From assembly GCA_964386685.1 (NCBI GenBank), contig CAYLSX010000001.1, positions 6,417 through 70,416 on the forward strand: a stretch of 64,000 nucleotides of DNA. The letters are read 5' to 3'. The DNA comes from an uncultured Woeseiaceae bacterium. Lineage in GTDB: Bacteria > Pseudomonadota > Gammaproteobacteria > Steroidobacterales > Woeseiaceae. The notes under the pieces were generated by a model. That model made no database searches. It worked only from the letters and a program-made list of their open reading frames with translations, and was not told the DNA's origin. Shown here piece after piece: positions 50,296 through 59,355 of the stretch. The translations under genes were made by a program, and so were the position numbers. Positions within the stretch are counted from its first letter, which is position 1, and the number at the start of each line of letters is the position of its first letter.

Positions 50296-52059
50296 ATGGC
50301 ATACGTTGCAATTGCCGACCGGGATCACGAAATAGAACACCACGACCCGACGACATTTATCACCAAGTACATTTGGAGTCAGGATCATAAAGTGATCGCC
50401 ATTCAGTATGGCATCACTGCGATCTTTGTTGGACTGGTCGCGCTGATCCTATCTGGAATGATGCGCCTTCAGCTCGGCTTCCCGGACACTTTCGCTTTTA
50501 TAACGCCGACCAATTATTACCAGTTCATCACGATGCACGGGATGATCATGGTCATCTTCCTGCTGACGGCACTGTTTCTGGGCGGCTTCGGCAACTACCT
50601 CATACCGTTGATGATCGGCGCGCGGGACATGGTGTTCCCGTACATGAACATGTTGAGCTACTGGGTGTATCTGGTATCGGTCATCATTCTCCTTTCGAGT
50701 TTCTTCGTCACGGGAGGACCGACAGGGGCCGGCTGGACCCTCTATCCGCCACAAGCCATCCTGCCGGGCACACCCGGTACGGAGTGGGGCATCGTGCTGA
50801 TGCTCGTTTCACTCGCCTTCTTCATCGTGGCTTTCACGATGGGTGGACTGAACTACGTAACGACCATTCTCCAGGCACGCGCCCGCGGCATGACCATGAT
50901 GCGGATGCCGCTCTCGTTGTGGGGCATCTTCATGGCCACGATCCTGGGTCTGTTGGCGTTCCCGGCCTTGTTCGTCAGTGCCGTGATGATGACTTTCGAT
51001 AAGGCGCTTGGCACGAGTTTCTTCATGCCGGCGATCGTCTCAATGGGCGAACAGATGGATCACACCGGCGGCAGCCCGATCCTGTTCCAGCATCTGTTCT
51101 GGTTCTTCGGGCATCCCGAGGTCTACATTGTGGCGCTGCCCGGCTTCGGTCTGGTTTCGGACCTGCTGAGTACGCATGCCAGAAGGAATATTTTCGGTTA
51201 TCGCATGATGGTCTGGGCGATACTGGCAATCGGTGGCTTGAGTTTCATCGTCTGGGCGCACCACATGTACGTCAGCGGTATGAATCCCTATTTCGGATTT
51301 TTCTTCGCGACGACGACGTTAATTATTGCCGTGCCCACGGCCATCAAAGTCTATAACTGGGTCCTCACGCTATGGCAGGGCGACATTCACTTTACCGTGC
51401 CCATGATGTTCGCGATCGGATTCATATTCACGTTTACACACGGCGGCCTGACCGGCATTTTCCTCGGCAATGTGGTGGTCGATCTGCCGTTATCGGACAC
51501 CTATTTTGTGGTTGCTCATTTCCACATGGTGATGGGTGTGTCACCGATAATGGTTGTATTTGGCTCGATCTACCACTGGTACCCGAAGATCACGGGCAGG
51601 ATGCTCAACACGACACTCGGGATGTGGCATTTCTGGGTGACCTTCCTGGGCACCTATGCGATATATCTGCCGATGCACTACCTCGGATTCCTGGGTGTAC
51701 CGCGTCGCTATTTCTCGATGGGAGACACCGCGTTCATGCCGGATTCGGCGTTTGCATTGAACCAGGCCATCACTATTTCAGCCCTGATCGTCGGTACCGC
51801 GCAGTTGATCTTCCTCTACAACCTGATTGTAAGCATGCGAAATGGCGAGAAGTCTGGCCCCAATCCGTGGAATGCAACGACGCTCGAATGGCAGACGCCG
51901 GACACCCCACCGAAGCACGGCAACTGGGGCGATGAGTTGCCGGTGGTGCATCGCTGGGCGTACGACTACAGCGTGCCGGGCTACCACACCGACTTCATTC
52001 CGCAGAATGTGCCGCCTGATCCGAACGCGCCCACTCACGATGAAGGCGGATTTACATGA
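50296..52059 (+). CDS. coxA: cytochrome c oxidase subunit I (A1-type haem-copper oxidase)
   Basis: WFFGHPEVYIV helix VI motif (with the D-channel Glu) and 12 or more TM segments. Start trimmed to MAYVAIAD after AAGGGGA. The ORF-track start at 50146 overlaps coxB. Confidence 0.96.
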   Translation: MAYVAIADRDHEIEHHDPTTFITKYIWSQDHKVIAIQYGITAIFVGLVALILSGMMRLQLGFPDTFAFITPTNYYQFITMHGMIMVIFLLTALFLGGFGNYLIPLMIGARDMVFPYMNMLSYWVYLVSVIILLSSFFVTGGPTGAGWTLYPPQAILPGTPGTEWGIVLMLVSLAFFIVAFTMGGLNYVTTILQARARGMTMMRMPLSLWGIFMATILGLLAFPALFVSAVMMTFDKALGTSFFMPAIVSMGEQMDHTGGSPILFQHLFWFFGHPEVYIVALPGFGLVSDLLSTHARRNIFGYRMMVWAILAIGGLSFIVWAHHMYVSGMNPYFGFFFATTTLIIAVPTAIKVYNWVLTLWQGDIHFTVPMMFAIGFIFTFTHGGLTGIFLGNVVVDLPLSDTYFVVAHFHMVMGVSPIMVVFGSIYHWYPKITGRMLNTTLGMWHFWVTFLGTYAIYLPMHYLGFLGVPRRYFSMGDTAFMPDSAFALNQAITISALIVGTAQLIFLYNLIVSMRNGEKSGPNPWNATTLEWQTPDTPPKHGNWGDELPVVHRWAYDYSVPGYHTDFIPQNVPPDPNAPTHDEGGFT

Positions 52060-52721
52060 CGTTTGCGCTCGTCTTTCTCGCTGTCATTATGGCCACCATT
52101 ATCGGCTGGCTGTTGCGACAGACGCTGAATGCCCAGCCCTGGGACGTCAACGACCCGCTTGAAAATCAGCCAGGTCGGGGCGTCTTGAACACGCGACCGG
52201 CAAAGGTGGGTCTGATTGCCTTCATTGCCGTCGTTACCTCCCTGTTTGCCTTGTTCCTCAGTGCCTACCTGATGCGCATGAAACTGCCAGATTGGAGTCC
52301 TCTGACGGAACCGAAACTACTGTGGCTGAATACCGGTGTGCTGGTACTCGCCAGTGTTGCGTTTCAATTGACGCGCGGCGCGGCAAAAAGAAATCAGTTG
52401 CTGACCGTGAAAACCGGCCTGGTCGCTGGCGGCACGTGCACGATCTTGTTCCTGCTGGGCCAACTCGTCGCCTGGCAACAACTCCATGCCGGTGGATATT
52501 TTCTGACCAGTAACCCTGCCAATTCGTTTTTCTACCTGTTGACGGCTTTGCATGGTCTGCACCTGCTCGGCGGCATGTGGGTCTGGGGAAGAACCACGAC
52601 CCGCGTACTTACCGGTGCTGATGCCGAGAGTGTGCGCCTGAGCGTAGAACTGTGCACCGTGTATTGGCACTATCTGCTGCTCGTCTGGATCGTAATGTTC
52701 GCATTGCTGTTATCTACATAG
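52056..52721 (+). CDS. haem-copper oxidase subunit III family protein (CoxO-like)
   Basis: FYLLTALHGLHLLGG and YWHYLLLVW subunit III signatures. ATGA overlap with coxA. Confidence 0.8.
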   Translation: MTFALVFLAVIMATIIGWLLRQTLNAQPWDVNDPLENQPGRGVLNTRPAKVGLIAFIAVVTSLFALFLSAYLMRMKLPDWSPLTEPKLLWLNTGVLVLASVAFQLTRGAAKRNQLLTVKTGLVAGGTCTILFLLGQLVAWQQLHAGGYFLTSNPANSFFYLLTALHGLHLLGGMWVWGRTTTRVLTGADAESVRLSVELCTVYWHYLLLVWIVMFALLLST

Positions 52722-52735
52722 AAGGATAAGCACAA

Positions 52736-53428
52736 ATGTCTGAAGCTGCGATGACTGATACGGGAGATGTCCTGCCGGAAGGCACGACTGGAGTCGTCGC
52801 CGACTTCTCCGCAGACAAACAGGCATTTCATGTGCCCTGGGGTAAGGCCATGATGTGGTTTTTCCTCCTCAGCGACACGTTCATCTTCGGCTCCTTCCTG
52901 ACCGGGTACATGTCGGTTCGCATGGCCGCAAGGGATGCCTGGCCGATTCCCAGCGAAGTTTTTGCGCTATCGTTTGGCGGGGATCCAATTCCGCTGATCC
53001 TGATCGCGATCATGACTTTCATCCTGATCTCGTCCAGCGGCACGATGGCGATGGCCGTCAACATGGGCTACCGCAAGGACCGCATCAAGACATTTTGGTT
53101 AATGGTTGCGACTGCCGCATTCGGCGTCATGTTCGTCAGCATGCAGGCATTCGAGTGGACCAAGCTGATCGTCGAGGAGGGCGTGCGTCCCTGGGCCAAT
53201 CCGATGGGCGCGGCGCAGTTCGGCTCAACCTTCTTTATGATCACGGGCTTTCACGGCCTGCATGTCAGCGCCGGCGTGATTTATTTACTCGTCATCGCAT
53301 TCAGGGTCAAGAACGGCTTCTATGAGAAACGAGGCGGTAATTACGAGATTGTGGAGATCGTCGGCCTGTATTGGCATTTCGTCGACCTCGTCTGGGTATT
53401 CATCTTCGCGTTCTTTTATCTTTGGTAG
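52736..53428 (+). CDS. cytochrome c oxidase subunit III (CoxP-like)
   Basis: FFMITGFHGLHVSAG and LYWHFVDLVWVFIF signatures. Confidence 0.88.
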   Translation: MSEAAMTDTGDVLPEGTTGVVADFSADKQAFHVPWGKAMMWFFLLSDTFIFGSFLTGYMSVRMAARDAWPIPSEVFALSFGGDPIPLILIAIMTFILISSSGTMAMAVNMGYRKDRIKTFWLMVATAAFGVMFVSMQAFEWTKLIVEEGVRPWANPMGAAQFGSTFFMITGFHGLHVSAGVIYLLVIAFRVKNGFYEKRGGNYEIVEIVGLYWHFVDLVWVFIFAFFYLW

Positions 53429-53451
53429 GAATTCTGTAAGGGGCTTTAAAC

Positions 53452-53790
53452 ATGGCACAGGAAGGTCAACAACATCCTTTAGCGATCTATTTCTGGATCT
53501 GGGGACTGCTGTTTGTCTTAAGCTTTTTCTCCTACATGGTGGACTACATGAACCTCCAAGGCGGATTGCGCTGGGGCCTGATTCTGCTCTTCATGTTCCT
53601 CAAAGCGGGATTTATCGTCTCCATCTTCATGCATCTGGCCTGGGAACGCCTGGCACTCAAGTTCGCGATTCTGGCCCCGCCGATCGCGCTGATGGTGCTG
53701 GTCTGGCTGATGGCGATCGAGGCGGACTACACTTTCCTGACAAGAATTGTCTTCTTTGGCGAGGGTGCTGCCCTTCCGGTGCACCATTAA
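53452..53790 (+). CDS. prokaryotic cytochrome c oxidase subunit IV family protein
   Basis: 112 aa with three TM helices. Its size and position after subunit III are typical of the bacterial subunit IV. Confidence 0.7.
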   Translation: MAQEGQQHPLAIYFWIWGLLFVLSFFSYMVDYMNLQGGLRWGLILLFMFLKAGFIVSIFMHLAWERLALKFAILAPPIALMVLVWLMAIEADYTFLTRIVFFGEGAALPVHH

Positions 53791-53848
53791 TCGAACATAA
53801 TGCCGTTGCCACGCGTGTGGTTCATTCACGGTTAAGCTTTGTGCTATA

Positions 53849-53862
53849 TGATCAGCTGATCA
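53849..53862. promoter_or_regulatory. 14-bp perfect palindrome upstream of the HiPIP gene (candidate operator)
   Basis: TGATCAGCTGATCA, 32 nt upstream of the TTG start. Confidence 0.35.
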
Positions 53863-53893
53863 ACAGCTGAACTGTGTTTTAAGGAGAACCCCA

Positions 53894-54217
53894 TTGAGCA
53901 AAATCGCGCGACGTAAATTCATTCAATTATCCGCGGTTGCAGCCGCCGGCTGCTTCGTTCGCCCGGGAACGGAAGCGCAAGCTCAGGATTTACCGCAGCT
54001 CACCGAAGACGATCCAGTGGCAGTGGCGCTGAAATACACGCACGACGCAAGTAGTGTCGATGCCGCTTCGCGAGCACAGCCCGCAGCCGAGCAAAACTGT
54101 GCAAATTGTGCTCAGCTCACCGGTAACGAGGGTGACGCATGGCGGCCGTGTAATATTTTTGTGGGCAAAGTCGTGAATAGCAAAGGCTGGTGCTCGGTCT
54201 GGGTACCGAAAGGCTGA
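53894..54217 (+). CDS. high-potential iron-sulfur protein (HiPIP) with Tat signal
   Basis: TTG start after AAGGAGA. Twin-arginine IARRKFIQL. Four-Cys pattern CANC..C..C with a conserved Trp (GWCSVW). Confidence 0.88.
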   Translation: MSKIARRKFIQLSAVAAAGCFVRPGTEAQAQDLPQLTEDDPVAVALKYTHDASSVDAASRAQPAAEQNCANCAQLTGNEGDAWRPCNIFVGKVVNSKGWCSVWVPKG

Positions 54218-54227
54218 TTGATCGCCG

Positions 54228-55091
54228 CTAGCTATCCCGCTGCGCTAACAACAAACGATAAATCTCGTTTCGTCGCCTCCCCGAGAGCGACGAGATAATG
54301 TCGGCCGCCTGATTGGTAGGCAAGACAGCAGATACCTCCGCGATCAGTCGGTCGATGCTGATCGTCAACGTCTCGGCATCGACCTCGCGGTTTCCCTGTA
54401 CGACAAGAACATATTCCCCTTTATTCGGTATCTGTCCGTCGTCGATCATGTCGCGGATTTCGCCGAGCGTAGCCGCAACGCACTGCTCGTGCAGTTTGCT
54501 GAGCTCGCGGCCGACGAAGGCGTGCCGCTCAACGCCAAATACTTCGCATAGATCGCCAATGGTGGCCTTGATTCGATGTACTGACTCGAAAAACACGATG
54601 CTCCGCGATTCGTCACGGAGTTCGCGTAGTCTGTTGACGCGAGCAGTCTTTTTGTTCGTCAGGAAACCCTCGAAACAAAATCTGTCGGTGGGCAGACCCG
54701 CGACGGACAATGCGGCGGTGACGGCACTGGCGCCTGGCACGGGTGAGACAGTACGTCCTGCTTCGTGAGCCGCGCAAACGAGGCGGTAGCCGGGATCGCT
54801 AATCAGCGGTGTCCCCGCATCGCTCACCAATGCAATGGATTTTCCTTCTCGTAACGCCATCAAGAGTTTGGGAACGACTGTTTCTTCGTTGTGATCGTGC
54901 AGTGCGATTTGCCGCGTTTTGATGCCGAAATGCGATAGCAATCGACCTGTGTGCCGGGTATCCTCGGCAGCGACGAGATCGACATCATTGAGAATTTGCC
55001 GCGCGCGTGGCGTCAGGTCTTCGCGATTGCCGATTGGCGTTGCAACTACGAATAGCGTACCGCTGTCCAAATTCCTGACACCTTGTGGCAA
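54228..55091 (-). CDS. rsmI: 16S rRNA (cytidine1402-2'-O)-methyltransferase RsmI
   Basis: LFVVATPIGNREDLTPRA tetrapyrrole-methylase-like N-terminus. Divergent from lpoA as in E. coli. TTG start is tentative. Confidence 0.9.
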   Translation of the reverse strand: MPQGVRNLDSGTLFVVATPIGNREDLTPRARQILNDVDLVAAEDTRHTGRLLSHFGIKTRQIALHDHNEETVVPKLLMALREGKSIALVSDAGTPLISDPGYRLVCAAHEAGRTVSPVPGASAVTAALSVAGLPTDRFCFEGFLTNKKTARVNRLRELRDESRSIVFFESVHRIKATIGDLCEVFGVERHAFVGRELSKLHEQCVAATLGEIRDMIDDGQIPNKGEYVLVVQGNREVDAETLTISIDRLIAEVSAVLPTNQAADIISSLSGRRRNEIYRLLLAQRDS

Positions 55092-55117
55092 ACCGGAGTG
55101 AGTAATCGTATAGCCCT

Positions 55118-57061
55118 ATGAATGCCCTGAACAGCAAAGCTTGTCGTTGCCTGCTGCTGTCGCTGCTTTTTGCCGCCTTGTCCGGCTGTGCCACCTCGGA
55201 TATTTCCGGTTGGCCAGGCACGCAAAGCGAAAGGCGCGCGCAGAGCCTCGCAGTTAACGGCCGATATCAGGACTCGGCGTCTGTCTATATCGGCCTCGCC
55301 GGGAGGGCAGTGGGCCAGGAACGAGACCGACTAAGCTTGCTTGCCGTTGAGCAATGGCTGAATGCCGGCGATGAACGCCGTGCCAGAAACGCCCTGCGCG
55401 AAGTGGCGGTGCCGTCATCCGGGGAACTCTTGTGGTTATGGAGCGCGAATACGGCGGCACTCGCCCTCTGGGACGGGCAGCCGGATAACGCCCTGAGCTT
55501 GCTGGAGCCTGTGAGTCGACTGGCGTTGCCAACCGCCTACCGCGTACGAATCGAGGCTTTGCGTGCTGACGCGTGGTTTCAGAAACAAGACCCTGCTCGC
55601 GCCATCAGGTTACTGTCACAGCGCGAAGCCTGGCTGGATAGCGACAGAAGCATTCTTCAGAATCGCAAGCGCCTCTGGGAAGGATTACTCGTCAGCGATC
55701 TGGAAACACTTCGCACAGCTGCAGAGACGGAATTCGACAGAGAAATTCAGGCCTGGCTGATGCTCGGCGTGCTGGCCACGTCCACCGGTCAGCAAGGCGT
55801 TGGCTGGACCAATGGTGTAATTAGATGGCAGGAAAACAATGCCAGGCACCCGGCGATTGCGATACTTTCAGATCTCGAGCTACCCGACAGTGATCTCCTG
55901 GAGTTCCCGAGGCAGATCGCCCTGCTGCTGCCTTTGTCCGGCAGCAACGCGGCAGCTGGAATGGCCATTCAAAATGGTTTTTTCGGTGCGTATTTTTCCG
56001 CTGTGGGTGGCTTACAGGGCGCGCAACAAGTTCGCGTGTATGACGTTAATGACGCAAGTAGCGTCAGGCAGGCTTATCAGAATGCTGTAAACGACGGCGC
56101 GGAGTTCGTGGTCGGCCCGCTGCTGCGACGCAATGTGAATGATCTCGGAGAAGAGATCCTGTTGCCGGTGCCGGTTCTGACGCTGAACTACCTGCCCGAC
56201 AACTATCTGGCACCACCCGGCCTGTACCAGTTCGCGTTAGCACCAGAAGACGAGGCCGCATCTGCCGCCCAGAGGGCGATTGCCGACGGCAACAAACTCG
56301 CCGTGGCGCTGGTACCCGGCAATGAGTGGGGGCGCCGTGTGCTGAGCAGCTTCTCGACGGAATTCGAGACACTCGGTGGCACGCTACTCGAGTACCGTAA
56401 CTACCAGCCGGCCAATCAGGACTTCTCGGTCGAGATTGAGGGTCTGATGGAACTGTCCCATAGCGTCAATCGCTATCGCCGTCTGAGGGCGAACATCGGT
56501 GGGCCGTTGCAGTTCAACGCTCGCAGACGACAGGACGCCGAATTTGTATTTCTCGCGGCCAATGCACCGGCCGGTCGAATGATCAAGTCGCAATTGAAAT
56601 TCCACTATTCGGGAGACCTGCCGGTTTACTCGACCTCATTCGTCTATTCCATGGACGGGCGATCGAATACTGACCTGAATGGTCTGATGTTCGCCGACAC
56701 GCCGTGGGTGATTGCTCCGCATAGCTGGATGTCGGAACTTCCAGAACTATATAGTGAGTACTGGCCGGCCGAACGAAGACTGACAAGACTGCACGCCATG
56801 GGTTACGACGCATATCACCTGGTCGCAAAATTGTTTGGTTCACGTACCGGTCCGATGGATGAAATAGACGGCGCGACCGGGCGCTTGTACCTCGCTGATG
56901 ACGGCCGAATTCACCGGCGACTCGCGTGGGCGCAGTTCCAGCGTGGTGAGCCGGTTGCATTACCGGATATCAGCGAGCTCGAAATCGTGTTGCAGGAGCT
57001 TGGTGAGCCATCTGAGGAGCAAGCGGAAAGGGAATGGCAAGAGCCGATACCGGATCTATAG
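55118..57061 (+). CDS. lpoA: penicillin-binding protein activator LpoA
   Basis: Lipobox LSGC, a TPR-like N-terminal domain and a periplasmic-binding-protein-like C-terminal domain. rsmI/lpoA/yraN synteny. Confidence 0.88.
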   Translation: MNALNSKACRCLLLSLLFAALSGCATSDISGWPGTQSERRAQSLAVNGRYQDSASVYIGLAGRAVGQERDRLSLLAVEQWLNAGDERRARNALREVAVPSSGELLWLWSANTAALALWDGQPDNALSLLEPVSRLALPTAYRVRIEALRADAWFQKQDPARAIRLLSQREAWLDSDRSILQNRKRLWEGLLVSDLETLRTAAETEFDREIQAWLMLGVLATSTGQQGVGWTNGVIRWQENNARHPAIAILSDLELPDSDLLEFPRQIALLLPLSGSNAAAGMAIQNGFFGAYFSAVGGLQGAQQVRVYDVNDASSVRQAYQNAVNDGAEFVVGPLLRRNVNDLGEEILLPVPVLTLNYLPDNYLAPPGLYQFALAPEDEAASAAQRAIADGNKLAVALVPGNEWGRRVLSSFSTEFETLGGTLLEYRNYQPANQDFSVEIEGLMELSHSVNRYRRLRANIGGPLQFNARRRQDAEFVFLAANAPAGRMIKSQLKFHYSGDLPVYSTSFVYSMDGRSNTDLNGLMFADTPWVIAPHSWMSELPELYSEYWPAERRLTRLHAMGYDAYHLVAKLFGSRTGPMDEIDGATGRLYLADDGRIHRRLAWAQFQRGEPVALPDISELEIVLQELGEPSEEQAEREWQEPIPDL

Positions 57062-57405
57062 GCCGGCGCGCGGAAATACTGGCGCGGGACCACCTCACCG
57101 CACAGGGCCTGACGGAAATAACCCGAAATTTTCGTTGTCGGATGGGTGAAATCGATCTCGTCATGCAGGACGGTGACTGTCTGGTTTTCGCTGAAGTCCG
57201 ATTCCGTAGTCAAAATCGCTATGCCTCGGCGGCCGGCTCTGTCGATCAATACAAGCAACGAAAAATCATAAGGACTGCCGCAGCATTTCTCGGCCGTTAC
57301 CCTAAGTACAGCGGCTGCACGGTGCGTTTCGACGTCGTCGGACTGGACCAATCCGGGAATCAGACGAGCTTGCGATGGATACGGGATGCCTTTCGGCCAG
57401 AGTAG
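57034..57405 (+). CDS. yraN: YraN family endonuclease-like protein (UPF0102)
   Basis: GEIDLVMQDGDCLVFAEVRFR core motif. Overlaps the lpoA 3' end by 28 nt. Confidence 0.88.
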   Translation: MARADTGSIGRRAEILARDHLTAQGLTEITRNFRCRMGEIDLVMQDGDCLVFAEVRFRSQNRYASAAGSVDQYKQRKIIRTAAAFLGRYPKYSGCTVRFDVVGLDQSGNQTSLRWIRDAFRPE

Positions 57406-57420
57406 AAACGCGGAAGTATA

Positions 57421-57444
57421 AAAGGCGATTACGCCTTTTTTTTG
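57421..57444. terminator. bidirectional rho-independent terminator between yraN and sspB
   Basis: An A-tract, then AGGCG-atta-CGCCT, then TTTTTTTT. Confidence 0.7.
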
Positions 57445-57483
57445 AGGTGCGTCCCGGGACCATGCGCGCCTTTCCGTCGCAAA

Positions 57484-57882
57484 CTATTTGACGACCTTGA
57501 GGTGCGCGCGCGCAGGTCGTTCTGGCTCCTTATGCGCGGGATCCGGCGGCTCGGGCTGGTCGGCACCGTGCGAAAAGATCATGCCCTGCCCGGTCTCCTT
57601 GGCATAGATTCCCAACACCGAACTCACCGGCACCCAGACATCAAACGGCACGCCACTGAAGCGAGCGCGAAAACTAACCGCGTCGTTCGTCAACTTGAGG
57701 TTATGCGCAGCCGAATGGCTGATGTTGAGAATGATCTTGCCGTCTTTCACATGTTCGACCGGCACGGTAACGCCGTCTATGGCCGCGTCGACAACAATAT
57801 GCGGAGTGTGGCCGTTGTCGCCCATCCATTCATGCATGGCACGTACTAAATACGGTCTCTTGGAGCGGCTGGCGTTAGTCAC
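57484..57882 (-). CDS. sspB: ClpXP adaptor SspB
   Basis: RPYLVRAMHEWMGDNGHTPHIVV N-terminal domain and a C-terminal ClpX-binding LKVVK tail. Confidence 0.92.
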   Translation of the reverse strand: MTNASRSKRPYLVRAMHEWMGDNGHTPHIVVDAAIDGVTVPVEHVKDGKIILNISHSAAHNLKLTNDAVSFRARFSGVPFDVWVPVSSVLGIYAKETGQGMIFSHGADQPEPPDPAHKEPERPARAHLKVVK

Positions 57883-57903
57883 GGCGGGGATTTTAGCAGA
57901 ATG

Positions 57904-58533
57904 TTACATCCGCATTTCGTGCTCTAGTTCCGTGAGGCCATCCTGAAACGAACGCCTGCTGAACACGCGTTTCATATATTGCTCGATCGGATCGGCTTGC
58001 GAGCCGAGGTCAATACCATATACCGGCAAGCGCCAAAGTATCGGAGCGATACTGCAATCAACCAGCGAAAACTCGTCACTCAGAAAATACTGTTTTGCCT
58101 GGAACAGGTCGACGCTTGCAAGGATGCTCTCAGTCAACATCTTCCGAGACTTGGCGTGCAGCTTGCGCTCTCCGTCAATTTCGAATTGCTCGGCAAGCCT
58201 GTACCAGTCTGTCTCGATTCGAAATAACGCGAGTCGAAACTGCGCGCGCGTGACCGGATCGACCGGCATCAATGGCGGATGTGGAAATCTCTCGTCGAGG
58301 TACTCGATGATGACCCGGGAATCGTATAACACCAGATCTCTGTCCACGAGCGTTGGCACGGTGTGGTAGGGATTAAGGTCCATCAGGTCTTCGGGCAAAT
58401 CGGGGCCGTCGACATTTGAGATGTCGATATTGATGTTCTTTTCAGCCAGCACCAGCCGTGTTCGATGACTGTGAATGTCTGTCGGTTTCGAAAATAGAGT
58501 CATTAAGGATCTTCTGTTGGCAATTACTGCCAT
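57904..58533 (-). CDS. sspA: stringent starvation protein A
   Basis: MAVIANRRSLMTLFS aligns with the E. coli SspA N-terminus (MAVAANKRSVMTLFS). GST-like fold. GGGAG RBS. Confidence 0.93.
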   Translation of the reverse strand: MAVIANRRSLMTLFSKPTDIHSHRTRLVLAEKNINIDISNVDGPDLPEDLMDLNPYHTVPTLVDRDLVLYDSRVIIEYLDERFPHPPLMPVDPVTRAQFRLALFRIETDWYRLAEQFEIDGERKLHAKSRKMLTESILASVDLFQAKQYFLSDEFSLVDCSIAPILWRLPVYGIDLGSQADPIEQYMKRVFSRRSFQDGLTELEHEMRM

Positions 58534-58605
58534 ATCGGCCACTCCCGGGATGTCATTAGTGTATTCGGTGAATTATTCAGCCGGCCAATTCGCTGTAGCC
58601 GGAGT

Positions 58606-59355
58606 CTAGGAAACGTCTTTCCAAATTTGTTTTTTCAACATGTACGAAAGGACAAGGAACACGGCCAGGAACATCAGCACCCACACGCCGATCGCCTTCC
58701 TCTTTAGTTGTGCGGGCTCACTCATGTAATCGAGAAAATTAACAGTGTCGCGGACAAATGTCTGAAACTCTTCGTCTGACATGTTGCCGTCGGTCACCGC
58801 CTCGAATCCCTCGAATATCAGTTCTGTGCCGTCTTCAGATTCGTGTTCCTCGAATATCGCCTTTTGATAGCCCTGCATCTCCCACAATACGTCGGGCATG
58901 CTGGTCCCCGGCAACAGCACGTTATCAACGCCGGTTGGGCTTTCAGGATCGACATAAAAAGACTGCAGAAACGTGAATACGTAGTCGATGCCACGACTGC
59001 GTGGTGTTACGGAGAGATCGGGCGGCGGCTTGCCGAACCATCGTATGGCATCTTCGTCCCGCATGGTCCGCTGAATCGTGTCGTGAGGGACCTCGGCATT
59101 GAACATCAGGTTCTCGATGAGTTGCTCCTCCGTCAGCCCCAGGTCGCGGCCCATTCTGTTGAAACGCACGTACTTCGCCGAATGACAGCCCGAACAATAA
59201 TTCATGAAATTTCGAGCGCCGCGCTGCAGTGATTCTGTATCCGAGACATCATTGTCGGCGTGTTTCAGCTTCATGGCGCCGTCGCCGGCAGCGATGCTGT
59301 TGGTAGCGGCGAACAACAACAGTGACGATAAAAGCGTGGCGATCGATTTACCCAT
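58606..59355 (-). CDS. petC: cytochrome c1 of the bc1 complex
   Basis: Signal peptide, CSGCHS haem motif and a C-terminal TM anchor. Confidence 0.93.
   Translation of the reverse strand: MGKSIATLLSSLLLFAATNSIAAGDGAMKLKHADNDVSDTESLQRGARNFMNYCSGCHSAKYVRFNRMGRDLGLTEEQLIENLMFNAEVPHDTIQRTMRDEDAIRWFGKPPPDLSVTPRSRGIDYVFTFLQSFYVDPESPTGVDNVLLPGTSMPDVLWEMQGYQKAIFEEHESEDGTELIFEGFEAVTDGNMSDEEFQTFVRDTVNFLDYMSEPAQLKRKAIGVWVLMFLAVFLVLSYMLKKQIWKDVS

Noticed and set aside
53849-53862. Reading the TGATCAGCTGATCA palindrome as an FNR/ANR box
   Set aside because: FNR-type sites are TTGAT-N4-ATCAA. The best alignment here gives ATGAT-N6-ATCAA, which is the wrong spacing. It is kept only as an unassigned candidate operator.
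40229-54228. Calling the respiratory block a genomic island or mobile element
   Set aside because: No integrase, transposase, tRNA, att-like direct repeats or obvious compositional break could be seen by eye. It is reported only as a synteny-based hypothesis, not as a mobile_element feature.
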